The translations under genes were made by a program, and so were the position numbers. Below, piece after piece: positions 13,084 through 26,229 of a DNA stretch of 44,701 nt. Every line of letters begins with the position of its first letter. The stretch's first letter is position 1. The notes under the pieces are model-generated. The model ran no database searches. It was not told the DNA's origin and saw only the letters and a program-made list of their open reading frames with translations. The stretch is from Dicyema japonicum (Eukaryota; Animalia; Dicyemida): NCBI GenBank assembly GCA_011109175.1, contig RDEW01000057.1, positions 217,206-261,906 of the forward strand, written 5' to 3'.

Positions 13084-13997
13084 ATGGGAAGGAAAAGACG
13101 TATAAGCACATCGTCAAAGCAGTCAACTGATGAATGTATGTCAATTCAAAGTATGACTTCATCGAACATTCCCCCCAGTTCAATTGCCTCCAATGGGGAC
13201 AGCACCACAATGAGTGTTGAATGCACTATTCAAAAGTGTCAATGGGATGGTTGTGGAGAAATATACTACACTGGAGCTAGTCTATTCTCACACATTCAGG
13301 ATGTCCATCTAAACAATCAAACACTAAAGAACTCGACAAACCAATGCCGATGGGAAAAGTGTCGTCGATATGGCCGACAGTCAATGACAGACTATGAACT
13401 AATGCAACACGTGGTTATTCACATTCAGGGAAAGGCATTCCGTTGTATAATCTCCGAATGTGAGAGGACCTTTTCTACTGACTCTCAATTACAAAATCAC
13501 ATTGAACGACATTTTAATAATAGTAAACTCACCAAACCTACCCCCAAAAGACAGAAGAAGACCACTATTCCAGGCGATAATCATTATGGTTGGTCAGAAT
13601 GGGGAATTCTTTAGTTTATAATCGACCTGATTTTTTTGACCCAGGATCTCTTCAAAAAATAATTTTTTTGAATAAGAATTTGAGTAAACCTCTGACATCT
13701 CCACCTAAACTGCCAGTGATGGTGACCCACTCTTCTGATAACAGTATAAAACGTTATTTGGTGGCTTGTCCCTTCCAAAAGTGATGATTTGTTTTATTAT
13801 CTTTGACCCAGGATCTCTTCAAAAAATAATTTTTTTGAATAAGAATTTGAGTAAACCCCTGACATCTCCACCTAAACTGCCAATGATGGTGACCCACTCT
13901 TCTGATAACAGTATAAAACGTTATTTGGTGGCTTGTCCCTTCCAAAAGTGATGATTTGTTTTATTATAGGGATTTCCTCTCTTGGAGAGATGCATAG
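13084..13997 (+). CDS. AEBP2: AEBP2/Jing-like C2H2 zinc-finger protein (PRC2 cofactor), about 232-239 aa
   Basis: Three AEBP2-type fingers (CQWDGC..HIQDVH, CRWEKC..HVVIH, FRCIISEC..HIERHF). After a 26-nt intron (13589-13614) comes RPDFFDPGSL, similar to human RPHDFFDAQTL. A 22-nt intron lies at 13948-13969. A possible extra 29-nt intron (13997-14025) would move the stop to 14047. Exon 2 appears twice in tandem. Confidence 0.85.
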
Positions 13998-14059
13998 TTA
14001 ATTATTCCAACCTTAATACTTATAGTCTTAATATTTATGAAACTTAAAGACCACCAATA

Positions 14060-14700
14060 TATGTGCTTAACCAACTAAGTGATCCCAACCTAACTTTCAA
14101 ATTTCGTTAAGTTATTCCACCACCTTCCGGAGGTGTTTTTTGTATGCCTGTATACTCTACTGGAGTGTTTTTCTTCATCATAAAATAGATTCATCTGTAT
14201 GGAAAATCTTTTTTTGAATGAGTTTCCTGGTTTCTTGCAGAAACTTAGGTAACCTTAGCCATTTTTCAGAGTTGGCTTTTCTAAAAGGTAACTAAAAAGG
14301 TGATTATTTGTCTGAGATAATTTATATGCTCGATCCTCAAGAACGAAAAGGAAAATCTCCAGACGGAATAAGCGTATTTGATGGTAGGNTTTTCTTCATT
14401 ATAAAATAGATTCCTCTGTATGGAAAATCTTTTTTTGAATGGGTTTCCTGGTTTCTTGCAGAAACTTAGGGAACCTTAGCCATTTTTCAGAGTTGGCTTT
14501 TCTGAAAGGTAACTAAAAAATGTGATTATTTGTCTGAGATAATTTATATGATCGATCCTCAAGAACGAAAAGGAAAATCTCCAGACGGAATAAGCGTATT
14601 TGATGGTAGGAGCAATTTNTTCTACTTTCCAACACTGAGCTCCTTGAGAGAGTCGGAAAGACCTATTTAAGAAAATTGAAAACAAACACGGGCACTCCAT
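14060..14700 (-). mobile_element. LINE ORF2 C-terminal remnant with partial 3' motif
   Basis: IAPTIKYAYSVW motif. Ends in GGGATCACTTAGTT near 14070-14090. Confidence 0.6.
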
Positions 14701-14849
14701 AAGGAGACCCCCTTTCTCCTCTACTATTCACAATTTATTTGGAAGCCGCTATGAGGGAACTTAGACCGTTATACCAAGGAAAGACGGAAGGGAACTTAGA
14801 CCGTTATACCAAGGAAAGACGGACGATGTAGACATAATTTCTGAAGACA

Positions 14850-15560
14850 AAGAGGTCCTGGAACACCTATTATAAAAAGCACCAGATGTACTAGGGAAAT
14901 TGTTTCTTACTGTGAACAGAGAGCAAACAGAATTCACAGAGATAAGAAGGATGAGTAACGTCCTAGAAGAGAAGTGGCGACAAGTAAAATATTCAGTTCA
15001 CTTATGGGAGAAAGCGAAGATATTTTACGTAGGAAAACTCTAGTCAATACTGCGTTATATAAAATGAAGAATCTATGGCTCAATCAAAGAGGTATCAACA
15101 CGAAAATGAGAATCCTATTATACGACTCATTCATAAAACCCGTACTTTTATATAACGTTGGAACTTGTGCGACCTCATCAGCGGATATGGAAAGACTAGA
15201 CTCGTTCCACAGAGGTCAGAAAAATAACAGGAACTACTTGGCCTACGAGAATATCAAAAAATATTTTATATAAGAGATACAGTACTAGACCCATCAGTTT
15301 AGAAGTACTGGAATCCCGATGGAAGCTCTTCGGACACGTGCTGAGGATGGAATAAACATCCCCACCGAACATATCGTAGACAACCTAGAAGAACAATGAA
15401 AATAGTTTTACAAAAAACCTGATTAATATTAAAGAAATTCAAAAACTACCGACGACCTTGACACTATGAAAGCTTTGGCTAGGAACAGGGGAGCATGGAT
15501 GACATCTAACCTTGTTTCTTTTGCTGCACACGGGAGGTATAATTAGTATGGCTCTCGTGA
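14850..15560 (+). mobile_element. RTE-like LINE C-terminal remnant
   Basis: SLMGESEDILRRK, LLYDSFIKPVLLYNVGT, RLDSFHR and RWKLFGHVLRM in shifted frames. Confidence 0.8.
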
Positions 15561-15639
15561 AGTCCTTAAATAATAATGGCTAAGCATAGTCTTGAGTTAA
15601 GGATTAAAATAGCTAAAAAAATAAGTGAAAATGAACATC

Positions 15640-16240
15640 TTGTTATCGAGATATTGTAAATAAAAAATTAGTAAAGGTTGTTTAGTAATTTCAGTTTTTA
15701 GGCGCTGTATCAAGTATAAAAATATCTCAATTTTTAATACTGAAACTGTTCAAACAGATTTTTCAGAAAAAAATCAATGCTCTTCTATGTAAGTAAAAAA
15801 TTAGTAAAGGTTGTTTAGTAATTTCAGTTTTTAGGCGCTGTATCAAGTATAAAAATATCTCAATTTTTAATACTGAAACTGTTCTAACAGATTTTTCAGA
15901 AAAAAATCAATGCTCTTCTAATATTTATTTCTTAAAATTGGATAAAATTTTTTTTAGGCTTTTACCAAGACAAGGGAGGAATTTATTTCTTTTAAAAATA
16001 TTGTTTCTAAAGTAGCAAGGATGTTGAATTATTCGCCGTTCAAAGGGTCCAATAGCTGGTTGGAAAAATTTAAGACATTAGTTGTCATTTAAGACAATTA
16101 GTGAAGAGAAAAACTCTTCCGATGTTTCTTCGCTTTGTATGCTTTTTACAAGTATGATGACTACGTAAAAGATTTTAGTCTTCAAAATATTTTTAATTGC
16201 GACGAGACTGGAATATATAATGACTGGATTTTCATTCTCT
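15640..16240 (+). mobile_element. pogo/Tigger (CENP-B-like) transposase remnant
   Basis: FKGSNSWLEKFK (CENP-B HTH end) and NIFNCDETG (first catalytic Asp motif). Confidence 0.75.
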
Positions 16241-16249
16241 CTTGAGACG

Positions 16250-16970
16250 TCTCGAATAGTCTTCAAAACTTTAGAAGTGAATCTATTTCCATTCATAGGA
16301 AAGATTACATGATTCCATCCCGAAATCTCTCAGCCAAAGCTCATCCTCAGTAGTTAATCGGGCAGACTTTTTGAGTTAGTTTTTTTCCTTGATTATGCCG
16401 ACCTCCCATATCCCCTCGCATCCAAAATAGTTCGGTTTACATAAGCTACTATTTTGTCCATGGAAGTACTGTCATCCTGCTAAGGGTACCGAAGTAGGTT
16501 GTCAGTAAGTGAAGTCTTTAGTCTGCACGTTTGTAGTTGAATTTTACTGGAAACCTCTTTCGGTTAAAATTTCTCTCTTGATCTTCAGAAGAATGACAGT
16601 GCGGTTGCTTCTTGAGTTGTAAGTGACTGACCAGGTCGATGTTGCCGCCGAGCCGAAAAAACGAACGTGATGTCTGAATAAGTTAGTTGGTATGACTTCC
16701 TGAAGGGGTTCTCGTATGTTTTGACATTTATGACCGTGAAAGACCTGTTTGCGATATTAGTACTTTTCCTCTTGCATCGGATGGTTGACTTGCCTGCCAT
16801 ATAGGGTGTTTGGCGTTGCTACCAATGATCACATTGTTCGAGGAAGCCAAAGTGTATAGATTGGGCATAACGTAGTGCTTCGGGCAAGAACCAAGCGCGT
16901 AAAAGTTTACAAAGGTAATTTTTCCATTTATTGTTCCAAGTGAGATTGTGTTGACTTCAGAAATAAATAA
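16250..16970 (-). mobile_element. LINE apurinic-like endonuclease remnant
   Basis: ITFVNFYA and NVIIGSNAKHPIWQASQPSDARGKVL. Confidence 0.65.
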
Positions 16971-17699
16971 TCGTTTTATTAGTTAATATTTTAATAATAA
17001 TATTAAAAAAATATTTTATCTAGGGAAACCAATTTTAAATTAATATAATTGATTTTTTAATTAGCACGTTAATGTGATTCCCAGTTATCCTGCGTTTTGC
17101 TTTGCATCAACGTTTAGAAATGCTGGAAACAATATTGGTTACAATTTTGAAAACCAACAGTTCATTATAAGTTTTCCATATATTCCTGATAAGACATATG
17201 GCTAATCGTCTTGATGATAGCTTAAGTTTGTCTCCTTCTTTCATGGATGGACGAAATGAACGCCATGTCTGAATAAAGAATGTTGGATACTCAAAGGCTC
17301 TGAGTTAGAATCTCGCCTACTCGAAGAATCAAAATAGGGACATGCTTTATAATTCGGTGTTAACACAATGAACGCCATGTCTGAATAAAGAATGTTGGAT
17401 ACTCAAAGGCTCTGAGTTAGAATCTCGCCTACTCGAAGAATCAAAATAGGGACATGCTTTATAATTCGGTGTTAACACAGCTGAATCACCCTGGTAGCTA
17501 CCGCACGAGAATAACTATTTTAAGAAATATTGTGTCTTGCACAAAAAGACCGCAACTTATTCTTTACCAATGCTGAGAAGTTGTTATTCTGCAAAGAAAA
17601 ATTTTGACCACTCGCCAACAAGGTGCAGTCTGACTATTTATGAAAACACGAGGTACTGAGGTGCATACACCTATGTCGCCAATATTAAATAAAGTTGCC

Positions 17700-17930
17700 A
17701 AAAAGAGTAAAATCTCACTTGTGGCGAAATCGCGATATTCAAAAAGTTAATTATAATTATGTTGAAGTGAATATAGTCATAACCATGAATGGTATTGTGT
17801 TCTATAAACACCATCAATATAAACTCAAAGTAGATGACACTATATGGGCAATATTCAAACTATCGAGAAGACTCTTGAGAGTATGGGAATAGAACATGAA
17901 TTCGTCACACCAGAATGCTCACGTAAATGA
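17700..17930 (+). mobile_element. Possible copia-like integrase remnant
   Basis: KTLESMGIEHEFVTPE resembles the copia GIEHQFTVPY motif. Short and frameshifted. Confidence 0.3.
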
Positions 17931-18559
17931 TATTGATATTATCGGCGAAGGACATATTGTTGGAAGATTCCATTTGCTAAATGGTATTAACGAAAAAGTT
18001 AAAGAAATGAAAACTCAAACAATTTACTAAAAAATGTGTCTGTTTCAAAAAGAAGACGAATTATTTTTTAAATCCAAGGATCACCGACAAAATAAAAGAG
18101 AATGGGTAGCTGTCAGGTAATCTCGCCCTCCTTAAGCTGTCCCATCCTTTCTCGGTGTTCCTCTGTTTCTTGCAACGCCAATCTCACGGTGATTTAGAGT
18201 GAAAAGTGGAACAAGTTGTTTCTAGTACATAAACCTATTAGCGCTAAAAAAGTATTAAATCGAGCACTTATAGGAATAATTGCTTAAGCGTACTATAACT
18301 GCTTAGGGGATACTATAATGCACCAGTACTATGAAAGAGATCATCACTTTAACCCCGACCATATCTCTTCCACACTACCCACACCCTGGAAGTATCCGAC
18401 CTGTGGATGGATGGGATGACGTCAGAAAAGGATAAGAATATCTCTGCTGTGGGCGTATACTTGATAATGGGCTCAAAGCTTCCCATAGAGATCTCATGAT
18501 TGAGTTCATCCTCTCAAAATCAAGGAACCGACAAAGATTCATACATGTAAGGTGAGTAG

Positions 18560-19100
18560 TTCTGGAGTGAGTCTTCTTAAAACCATGTTAAAAGGATACG
18601 TCCGGAGGTAAGGTGATCGAGAATAATTTTTAAATAGGGACACAGAAGAGATATGTAAAAGAGGCCGATGAGTTTTTCGGTAGTCCAGGTTTTAAGATTG
18701 ATCGTATATCGGATAATTTCCATAAAAGTGGAGTTACTGCCGATTAAGAGGTTGAAAATTTGGGTGAGGGCCATGATACCATAGGGGCCTATCTTCTTCA
18801 ATAGTATTAGGGGATGACATTTGGACCTCTGGGATAGTGTTGAATCCCCTTTCCACACGTCATCCGAGAAAGATTTGTAGTTGCCTTTAGGTTTGATAAA
18901 GAAATGGAAGACCCTCAATTTTCTGGTGAGGGATAATAACCACTGTAGAGAATAAACCTTCGTGATCTTGTTTAAAAAGCTCTTGTTCTCCAAGTCTTCG
19001 CAAGTAGTTTCTGATCTCTCCAAGGCACAAATTTTCAACCTGGTTTCCCAGGATTGAATCTGTAGACTTTTTAAGCAATTTGATTTCTCCGTAAATAAAT
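18560..19100 (-). mobile_element. LINE RT N-terminal remnant
   Basis: ILLKKIGPYGIMALTQIFNL and following domain 1-2 traces. Confidence 0.6.
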
Positions 19101-19209
19101 CGGTTGCGTAAGAAGGCTTTTCGTGAAATGGATTGACTTCATTTTGAAAAAAGTCCTCACACCCTCACTCACTATGCTATTGCAGTACATAACGCATTAT
19201 CGAGGGAAT

Positions 19210-19630
19210 TTTTATTTATTTCATTAATCCTGAAATCACAAGAAGATAAAAGTTATCGTCTAATTAAGTGATCCCGCTGTCCATACCACTCCTTTTCCTG
19301 GGGTTAGATTTGGAGTCCTGGATTAATCTCCACAGCGGGAAAGGTTTCTTCTCATATCTCGGGCAGGCCTCCATATATAGTCTGATGTGCGGCCCGAGGG
19401 GGTGGTCAGGGGACTATGCCATCTTGAAGAAGTTCCGTAAGGTATTCCATGATTGGGGGGACGTTTAATGTTCTCACTAGTAACGAAGTGGATGTCTTTT
19501 TCGACGGTGTCAATAGTATTCTGAGACATCGATTTTTTAAAACTTCCAGCTTCTCTGTGCCAATAGTGATAAGGGGGCAATCCATGCAGCACAGACATAC
19601 TCGATAATAGGTAGAACAAATTGTTTGCAT
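19210..19630 (-). mobile_element. LINE ORF2 C-terminus and 3' end
   Basis: KQFVLPIIEYVCAAW and KLEVLKNRCLRILL. Ends GGGATCACTTAATTAG-hairpin-A-rich tail. Confidence 0.8.
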
Positions 19631-19634
19631 AGAA

Positions 19635-20286
19635 CAGTGGTTCTCAACACGGCCCCCCGGGATTTTTTTGCAGCCCCGACAAATTTTTGTTTTAATTTTA
19701 CTATTATATTTTATTCACTTGTTGAAATATTATTTTTTAATGTTAGTGTGCGTAAACAATCACGGACTATAGTACGGGAAATCAGAGGATTCAAATATGA
19801 ATGAGAGAAGTTCTTTATGATTAAAATACATGGCAAAGTACATTGTTTAAAATGTCACGCAACGATGAAATCGTTAAATACCTACTCCGTCAAAAGACAT
19901 TATCAACAGCACGAATCATTTTACGATTGTTATCAAGGCGATTCTAGAAAAACAAAAAGTCATTTTGTTAAAATCTTAATATTTCAAACAATCTTCATTT
20001 TATAATGTGGTGCCTCTTCCAGAGTTACAAATATGGCTTCAACAAGAATTAGTCATCTTATTGCAAAGCATATGAAGCCATATACTGATGGCGGAATTCT
20101 GAAGGAGGCTATTACAATATTTGCCCAAGTTCACAAAGTATCCTTGACATATTCTATTGTACCAGCTTTTAAAGAGCTAATTGATTAATGGTGTATGAAT
20201 TTACTTTTGATTTCTTTTTTATATTAATTAAGTTTAAAAAACATTGGCGGCTTCTACAAATACAATTATTTATTGATTTGCCCCTG
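19635..20286 (+). mobile_element. hAT (Buster/SPIN-like) transposon remnant
   Basis: Starts CAGTGGTTCTCAAC (hAT-type TIR). BED-like CLKC..KRHYQQH, then RISHLIAKHMKPYTDGGILKE. No matching 8-bp TSD found. Confidence 0.75.
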
Positions 20287-20289
20287 GGT

Positions 20290-21100
20290 CAAAATTCTTG
20301 GTATAGAGACTCTAACGATGGGTGGGAAGATACTGGAGAATGAGTGAAAGCCTTGAGAATTCCAATTTTCTTTTGGATCCTCGCTGTTACTAGGTCCACT
20401 TGATGAGTAAATGTGAAGAGGGGATCCAGGATGATTCCAAGGATTGAAAAAGTCCTCTTAATGGGAAGCGGGAAGTCATACAAGTTTATCGATGTGTTGC
20501 CCAAATTTCTTTACGTGCTGAGGTAAACGTCATTACATGTGACTTTCCTAGTGATATATCCACACGGTTCTTCAGGAACCAAAAACTCAGATCTTTATTT
20601 CTTTACGTGCTGAGGTAAACGTCATTACATGTGACTTTCCTAGTGATATATCCACACGGTTCTTCAGGAACCAAAAACTCAGATCTTGCACGAACCTCCT
20701 CGATTCTTCGATGTTTCACTGCGACCACGAGATCATCCGCATACGATAAAAGAATTGTGTTTTGTTGGTTGGGGATGGGAAATCATTGAGGAACATGTTG
20801 AAGAGCATTTGTGATAGCGGTGATCCTTGTGGAACTCCATTTGGAAGGTATCGCGGTTTGAATTTTGGTTGTTTGCCACCACTTGACCCATTCGACTGTT
20901 GATGAAGTTAGCCAACCATTACTTGAATTTAGGGTGGATGGACGTCGTAAAAAAATTTTGTTTTAAGGATTTTCCGGGATACTGAGTTAAAAGCCCTTAT
21001 TTACATCTACCGAGACCAGCACGGTTCTCTCGTGTGGATTTGAGGTATTCAGGCCGTCCGAATCTTGGGAATTGTAGTAGTTTGGGTCAAACCAATTAAT
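20290..21100 (-). mobile_element. LINE RT remnant
   Basis: RTVLVSVDV, LANFINSRMGQV, GVPQGSPLSQMLFNMF, ILGIILDPLFTFTHQV in shifted frames. Confidence 0.8.
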
Positions 21101-21172
21101 TCATTTTTATTAATTATTTAAAATAAATCATTTTTAATAATATTTTTTTAAATTAAAAAAGTTCAATTTCTT

Positions 21173-21426
21173 ATGAGGTTTACTTTTAGGAGCAAAATTT
21201 TAACCAATATCTTATCTAGATGGCCTGGACAAGAAAGATACGGATTTTATTCATTTTTACCAGTGTTTTTCTTTGCAGGGGCTTTCATGGAATTGACTAT
21301 GATAAAAATTAAAATAAACCAAGTCAATTTTTGTTTGCCACAAATTTTACTTTAGACGAAGTCTTTAAGAAGAATCAGGCTCTAAAAATTGCGTCACAAA
21401 TTGCAAAAACTGAAAAATCGAAATAA
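21173..21426 (+). CDS. UQCC5: Complex III assembly factor UQCC5/SMIM4, 76 aa
   Basis: Exons 21173-21332 and 21356-21426 with a 23-nt GT-AG intron. RWPGQERYGFYSFLPVFFFAGAFMELTMIKIKINQVNFYEVF matches the SMIM4 family pattern (PGKQRFGIYRFLPFFF.LG..MEW.MIK....ETFYDV). Confidence 0.9.
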
Positions 21427-21529
21427 AAATACTTAACATTATTAATTAATTTTTTAAATAAAATTTTATTTGTGCCTCAAGTTTTAGTGAAAATTAGGTT
21501 TGGATTTAATTATTTTTTTTCAAAAGAGG

Positions 21530-22950
21530 ATGAAAGATCGTCCGAGGTGGACCACAGCCAAAAGGATTTAATCAACCTAATAAAATACTATGTGAAAAAA
21601 TCCCATAAAGACCATAAGAAGTCGGATGTATTCCCGAAATATCTCAGTAAACCGAAAAAGGAACCGGATACGATTCACTTCACTGTAAACGACGTGAAAT
21701 ATGCATTGAAATTCATTAAAACAACCAAAATAAAATACTATGTGAAAAAATCCCATAAAGACCATAAGAAGTCGGATGTATTCCCGAAATATCTCAGTAA
21801 ACCGAAAAAGGAACCGGATACGATTCACTTCACTGTAAACGACGTGAAATATGCATTGAAATTCATTAAAACAACCAATTCTAATGGACCGGATAAGATC
21901 CTCCTAAAGAATCTATGGAATCGTTGCATTAACGAGGATATTCAACCACTCCATTAACAAAAATTATATTCCAGCCTTATGGAAGCTTGCCCACCTACGT
22001 CCAATTTTGAAACCCAGTAAAGTGATAAAGGACCCAGCTTCATACAGACTGGTCGCGTTATTGTGTTCGATCTCCAAAATTCTAAAAAGGCTGGTTCTTG
22101 CGAAAATCAAAAATTTCTTCTTGGACTTGTCATTTCAACATAGTTTTAAAAAGGAGAGGTCTACTTCGACCCAATTATCTGAATTGACTAACTTTATACG
22201 ATATGGTTTCTCGAACAGGTCGGGACATATGAAGAATGTACTTTGCTCCATAGACGTCCATAAAGTTTCGACTCTGTGTCAAGGAGGATTTTTACTCGGA
22301 AAATTGACCAAACAAAGATCCCTGGAAAGACAGGTCGGGACATATGAAGAATGTACTTTGCTCCATAGACGTCCATAAAGTTTCGACTCTGTGTCAAGGA
22401 GGATTCTTACTTGGAAAATTTACCAAACAAAGATCCCTGGAAAGCTCAAACTCTGGCTAGCTAACTTCCTTAGTGGTCGGAAGGGACGCATCTGCATTCC
22501 CAAGGATCCCCTTTGTCTCCAGTTTTATTCAACCTATTCATGGCGAACCTCCCCACTCCAGACTCCGAAAATGACATTATTCTAACTTATGCCGACGACA
22601 TCGTAATTGCGTCACGCCATCAGGACATCCAAATTGCCACTTCGAAATTGCAAGAAATCTTGGACTGTCTTGACGAATGGCTATCGAAGAATCGCCTAAC
22701 TGCCAGCAGTGAAAAGTCCGTCACAACCCTGTTTACTTCAGACAAGAGACTGGGAAGACGGACGGTCGAACTAAAGGCAAACAATGAAGCTATTCCTTTC
22801 AGAAAATCCCAAAGGATTCTTGGGGTGACTTTTGACATGCGTATGTCATTCTCTCCTCATGGTGAAAACGTAATTACGAAATGCAAAAAAGAACTAAGAA
22901 ATGCCTCACAGGCTTATGGAAGATCGAATAGCATTCTGTTTTGAGCACTG
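21530..22950 (+). mobile_element. I/Jockey-like LINE RT pseudogene
   Basis: SNGPDKI, DPASYRLVALLCSISKILKRL, SIDVHKVFDS, SPVLFNLFM, LTYADDIVI, RILGVTFD. Confidence 0.9.
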
Positions 22951-22959
22951 TATATAATA

Positions 22960-24010
22960 ATTCATTGAACCATGCATCTCTTATGCATGTGGTATATGGG
23001 GGCCCACTCATCTCTTGGACGAATGTCTTTAAGTCAAGAGTACAGAATTATTCAAATTCACGGAAGACCCAAAAATTCCCAGAGTCAAGGGATTTTTGAA
23101 AGATTCAACCAGGCGGAGTTTATCGAAAATGATGGTTTCGGATGACAAGAGTGGATAAAACACATTCGAAAGGCTGTGTTTTTGTACAATCAAACGCCTC
23201 ACTCATCCANTCATTGAACCATGCATCTCTTATGCATGTGGTATATGGGGGCCCACTCATCTCTTGGACGAATGTCTTTAAGTCAAGAGTACAGAATTAT
23301 TCAAATTCACGGAAGACCCAAAAATTCCCAGAGTCAAGGGATTTTTGAAAGATTCAACCAGGCGGAGTTTATCGAAAATGATGGTTTCGGATGACAAGAG
23401 TGGATAAAACACATTCGAAAGGCTGTGTTTTTGTACAATCAAACGCCTCACTCATCCACAGGTAAATTTGTGCTTTTATTTTTTGCATGTGTTAGAGATA
23501 TCGAGGGATTCTGGGCTATTCTGGCTTTTGCATGTGTTAGAGATATCGACGGATGCTGGGCTACAAAACCATTGTTAAAAATACTGTAACGGAGACAGAC
23601 GGTGAAGACAACCTGGAAAGTGTAGATAATATTGCTGAATTAACAGAGCCAGAAGGTAAAGACAGCATATAGTAAAGGTTTTTTGTTCATTATTTTACAA
23701 AAGGTACAAATTTGATTTTCCTCGGGTAGACTTGAATTATAAAAAATGAATAAAATATAAGAGTGCATCGATCGAAATATGGATTTAACATTGGAGATAG
23801 TGTATTCAATTTATAGTTACTTAAAAAGTTCGTATTCAGAAAGACTATGGAACTGATCCTTCACTACGTCTGCAAAGGTTTGAGTATCCCTACGGATCTG
23901 ATGTCACTATTGTTGCTAAATTGCCCCACAATTGTCAATGTTAAAGATAGTGAGGGAATTGTGAAGAAGGTGCATTCTAAACGCCTTAAAAAGATAATTA
24001 TCAATAATTA
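22960..24010 (+). mobile_element. Retroviral-type DDE integrase remnant (Ginger/Gypsy-like)
   Basis: IHGRPKNSQSQGIFERFNQ, WIKHIRKAVFLYNQTPHSSTG and C-terminal VNVKDSEGIVKKVHSKRLK. Confidence 0.75.
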
Positions 24011-24078
24011 GTTAATTCGCTTTGAAATAATTTATTATTTTATATTTTGACATTGATTTCAGATGTCAAAGCAAATTA

Positions 24079-24564
24079 CAGTCCGACCCAGAATTGGGGC
24101 AGACCACAGGGGTGGGGCACCCTCGGATTTTGGGGCATTTTTTTTGGCCAACATTTTGGCAGAGTAAAATGGAAAATCGATAAAAATATGGAAATTTTGG
24201 GGCACTATAAAATTGTGGGGAATGAAATTATAAGTAAATAAAATTATATTTTACACAACATTATATAGTTTTTTTGTCACCGAGTGCTTTGTATAATATG
24301 ACCTTTAAAACAAATTTTCTTTCCTCCTTTGTTAGTTGATATTATCTCCATTTTGTCACTTATTTTTGCAGCAAGCATAATATTTAAGAAAAAAATGTTA
24401 GAAATTAAAAGTTGCTATTAATGCTATTTAAACACGATATAAATTAAAAAAGACGACTTGACTTTTTTTCCGCACACCATATTACGACCATGGTGTCTCA
24501 TATTCGACTACGCGGTAAGAAAGCTATTTCAGAGCTGGGGTTTTATTGGGGCGGGGTTGTACTG
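24079..24564. mobile_element. Possible non-autonomous TA-targeting (Tc1/pogo-type) MITE
   Basis: TA-CAGTCCGACCC at the left end and GGGTTGTACTG-TA at the right end: imperfect 11-bp inverted ends flanked by TA. Confidence 0.3.
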
Positions 24565-25592
24565 TATTATCTACTGGGAAACAATTTCGCTCTTTGGTGA
24601 TGAGTTCTCAGCTTCTATGACAAAGTCCTCTGGATCACTGTGCTTGGGCGAGGGATTTGTTGGAACGCGTCAGGACCAAGAAATTGTTAGTTTGGTTTTA
24701 CCATTTGTCTTTGGAATAATTTAATAGACCCATTAAAATTGAATTATTGGAAATAAATTAACACGAGTGTTTTGAATTAATTGAAGATAGGATTAATTCA
24801 AATAGATGATCTTCCAATTCTGGGATGGACGTGATTCGATCCATGATCTAATGTGCACGCTAAACTTCATTCCTTCATATCTTTGGGTTTTCGGTGGATT
24901 TTCATTTCGATGTCTCCAATGAGGACCAGAAGAGATTCCATTACGTGAGATAATAAGGTTAAGAGAGAAAATTTTTCCAGATTGGTAAGTTACACATTTG
25001 GTACACCAGAACAAGTAAAGAGCGCTCAAAAACTCAAGGAGGAAAGCTAATGAGGGAATTAAAAGATCTAAACGAATCCTCGTTACCACAGCAAGCACTA
25101 CCGAGCAGGTTGACCTCAAAATGACTAAATTAAACATTATTAGTACAAAACACATATAAAAATACAAAATCCAAAAGATTCTAAGTTTGAATCTCTCTGA
25201 TGTCCATTCCGTTGAAGATTCCACTCATACACGATACTTTTTGGTTTGACAAATGACACCGTAGTCATTGATTCATCACTGCGGGACCGGATTGTCTTCG
25301 AGAATTTGCACGCAGCCCAAAAGAAGTTATGAAAACACTCATCCTGGTTTGGCTACAATCCAGATTAATTATCATAACTGTCCTTTATTTCAAAATAAAG
25401 TGAAATTCCTGTAAAACTGAGGTTCAAGTCATGAAAACAAATATAAATATGTACGAAAAGCCATGGTTATGACTAAGACAAAAGATTGGAATAGCCATAC
25501 TCCGAGGGCACTCGTTCGCAATCCACGCAGCAGGCTTCCTCAACTGACATTTGTTTAATTGTTAAAAAAATTAAAAAAATATGTACGAAGCC

Positions 25593-25883
25593 TTAGTCAA
25601 CTTTGAATTTATCAATAGTTTTACTAACAATATCCAGGTGGTCTAAAATTCCATTCAGGGTTAATCTTTGGGCATTAATATCAACTGATTTGATGTTTAT
25701 TATTAGAAAATTCTCCTCAACGTGCAATTCCTTAGTAGATCCAGATCTTTTCGGCTCCTTTTCTACAACCATGCTGTTATAGGCGATTGTGGCGTCCTTT
25801 AGGCATTTAAATGGGATTTTTATGGATCTAATAGGCAATTATTAAAAACAATACGCTGAAGGCACATCAGACAATTCAAACAT
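25593..25883 (-). CDS. LAGE3: KEOPS/EKC complex subunit Pcc1/LAGE3, 87 aa
   Basis: Exons 25883-25855 and 25827-25593 with a 27-nt GT-AG intron. SIKIPF..KDATIAYNSMVVEKEPKR....KELHVEENFLIINIKSVD...RLTLNGILDHLDIVSKTIDKF fits the Pcc1 pattern. Confidence 0.85.
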
Positions 25884-25912
25884 ATTTAAAAATTAATTAA
25901 TTTAATTTGTAA

Positions 25913-26189
25913 TATAATAACGAGTAAATTAACTAATTAAGCGTATCTTGATCCAGATTGTTGGTAACCCCTCTTCTAAGAGAAGAAGAGGGTGCCATAA
26001 CCTCCCTGTTACTCCGCATCTCCACATCAGATTCAGTCAAAATATCTCCGTTAGAGTCCAGTGGGCTGTCCTCACGGCATGCCAGTTCCACAAGTTGGGA
26101 GGTAGCAGAGGCGTACTCTTCATCGTATACCTTCATCCCATGCTTATGTTCAATGGGCATACTTTCGAGCGTTCTCTTCAGCACAACCG
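25913..26189 (-). mobile_element. 3' end of an R4-like retrotransposon (ends at an N gap)
   Basis: LKRTLESMPIEHKHG C-terminus, homologous to 31411-31620 and 29269-29637. Confidence 0.85.
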
Positions 26190-26229
26190 NTCATTTTAAC
26201 TGCTGCGGTCACACAAATTGTTCCTATTT

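Noticed and set aside
15780-15960. Possible micro-intron in the pogo remnant
   Set aside because: An acceptor-like TTTTAG exists, but the donor region is scrambled by a tandem duplication.
23462-23495. Possible intron in the plus-strand integrase remnant
   Set aside because: GTAAAT...TTAG is present, but splicing does not restore a convincing frame.
24793-25224. 143-aa hydrophobic ORF
   Set aside because: No family motif; it looks like the antisense shadow of A-rich decayed sequence.
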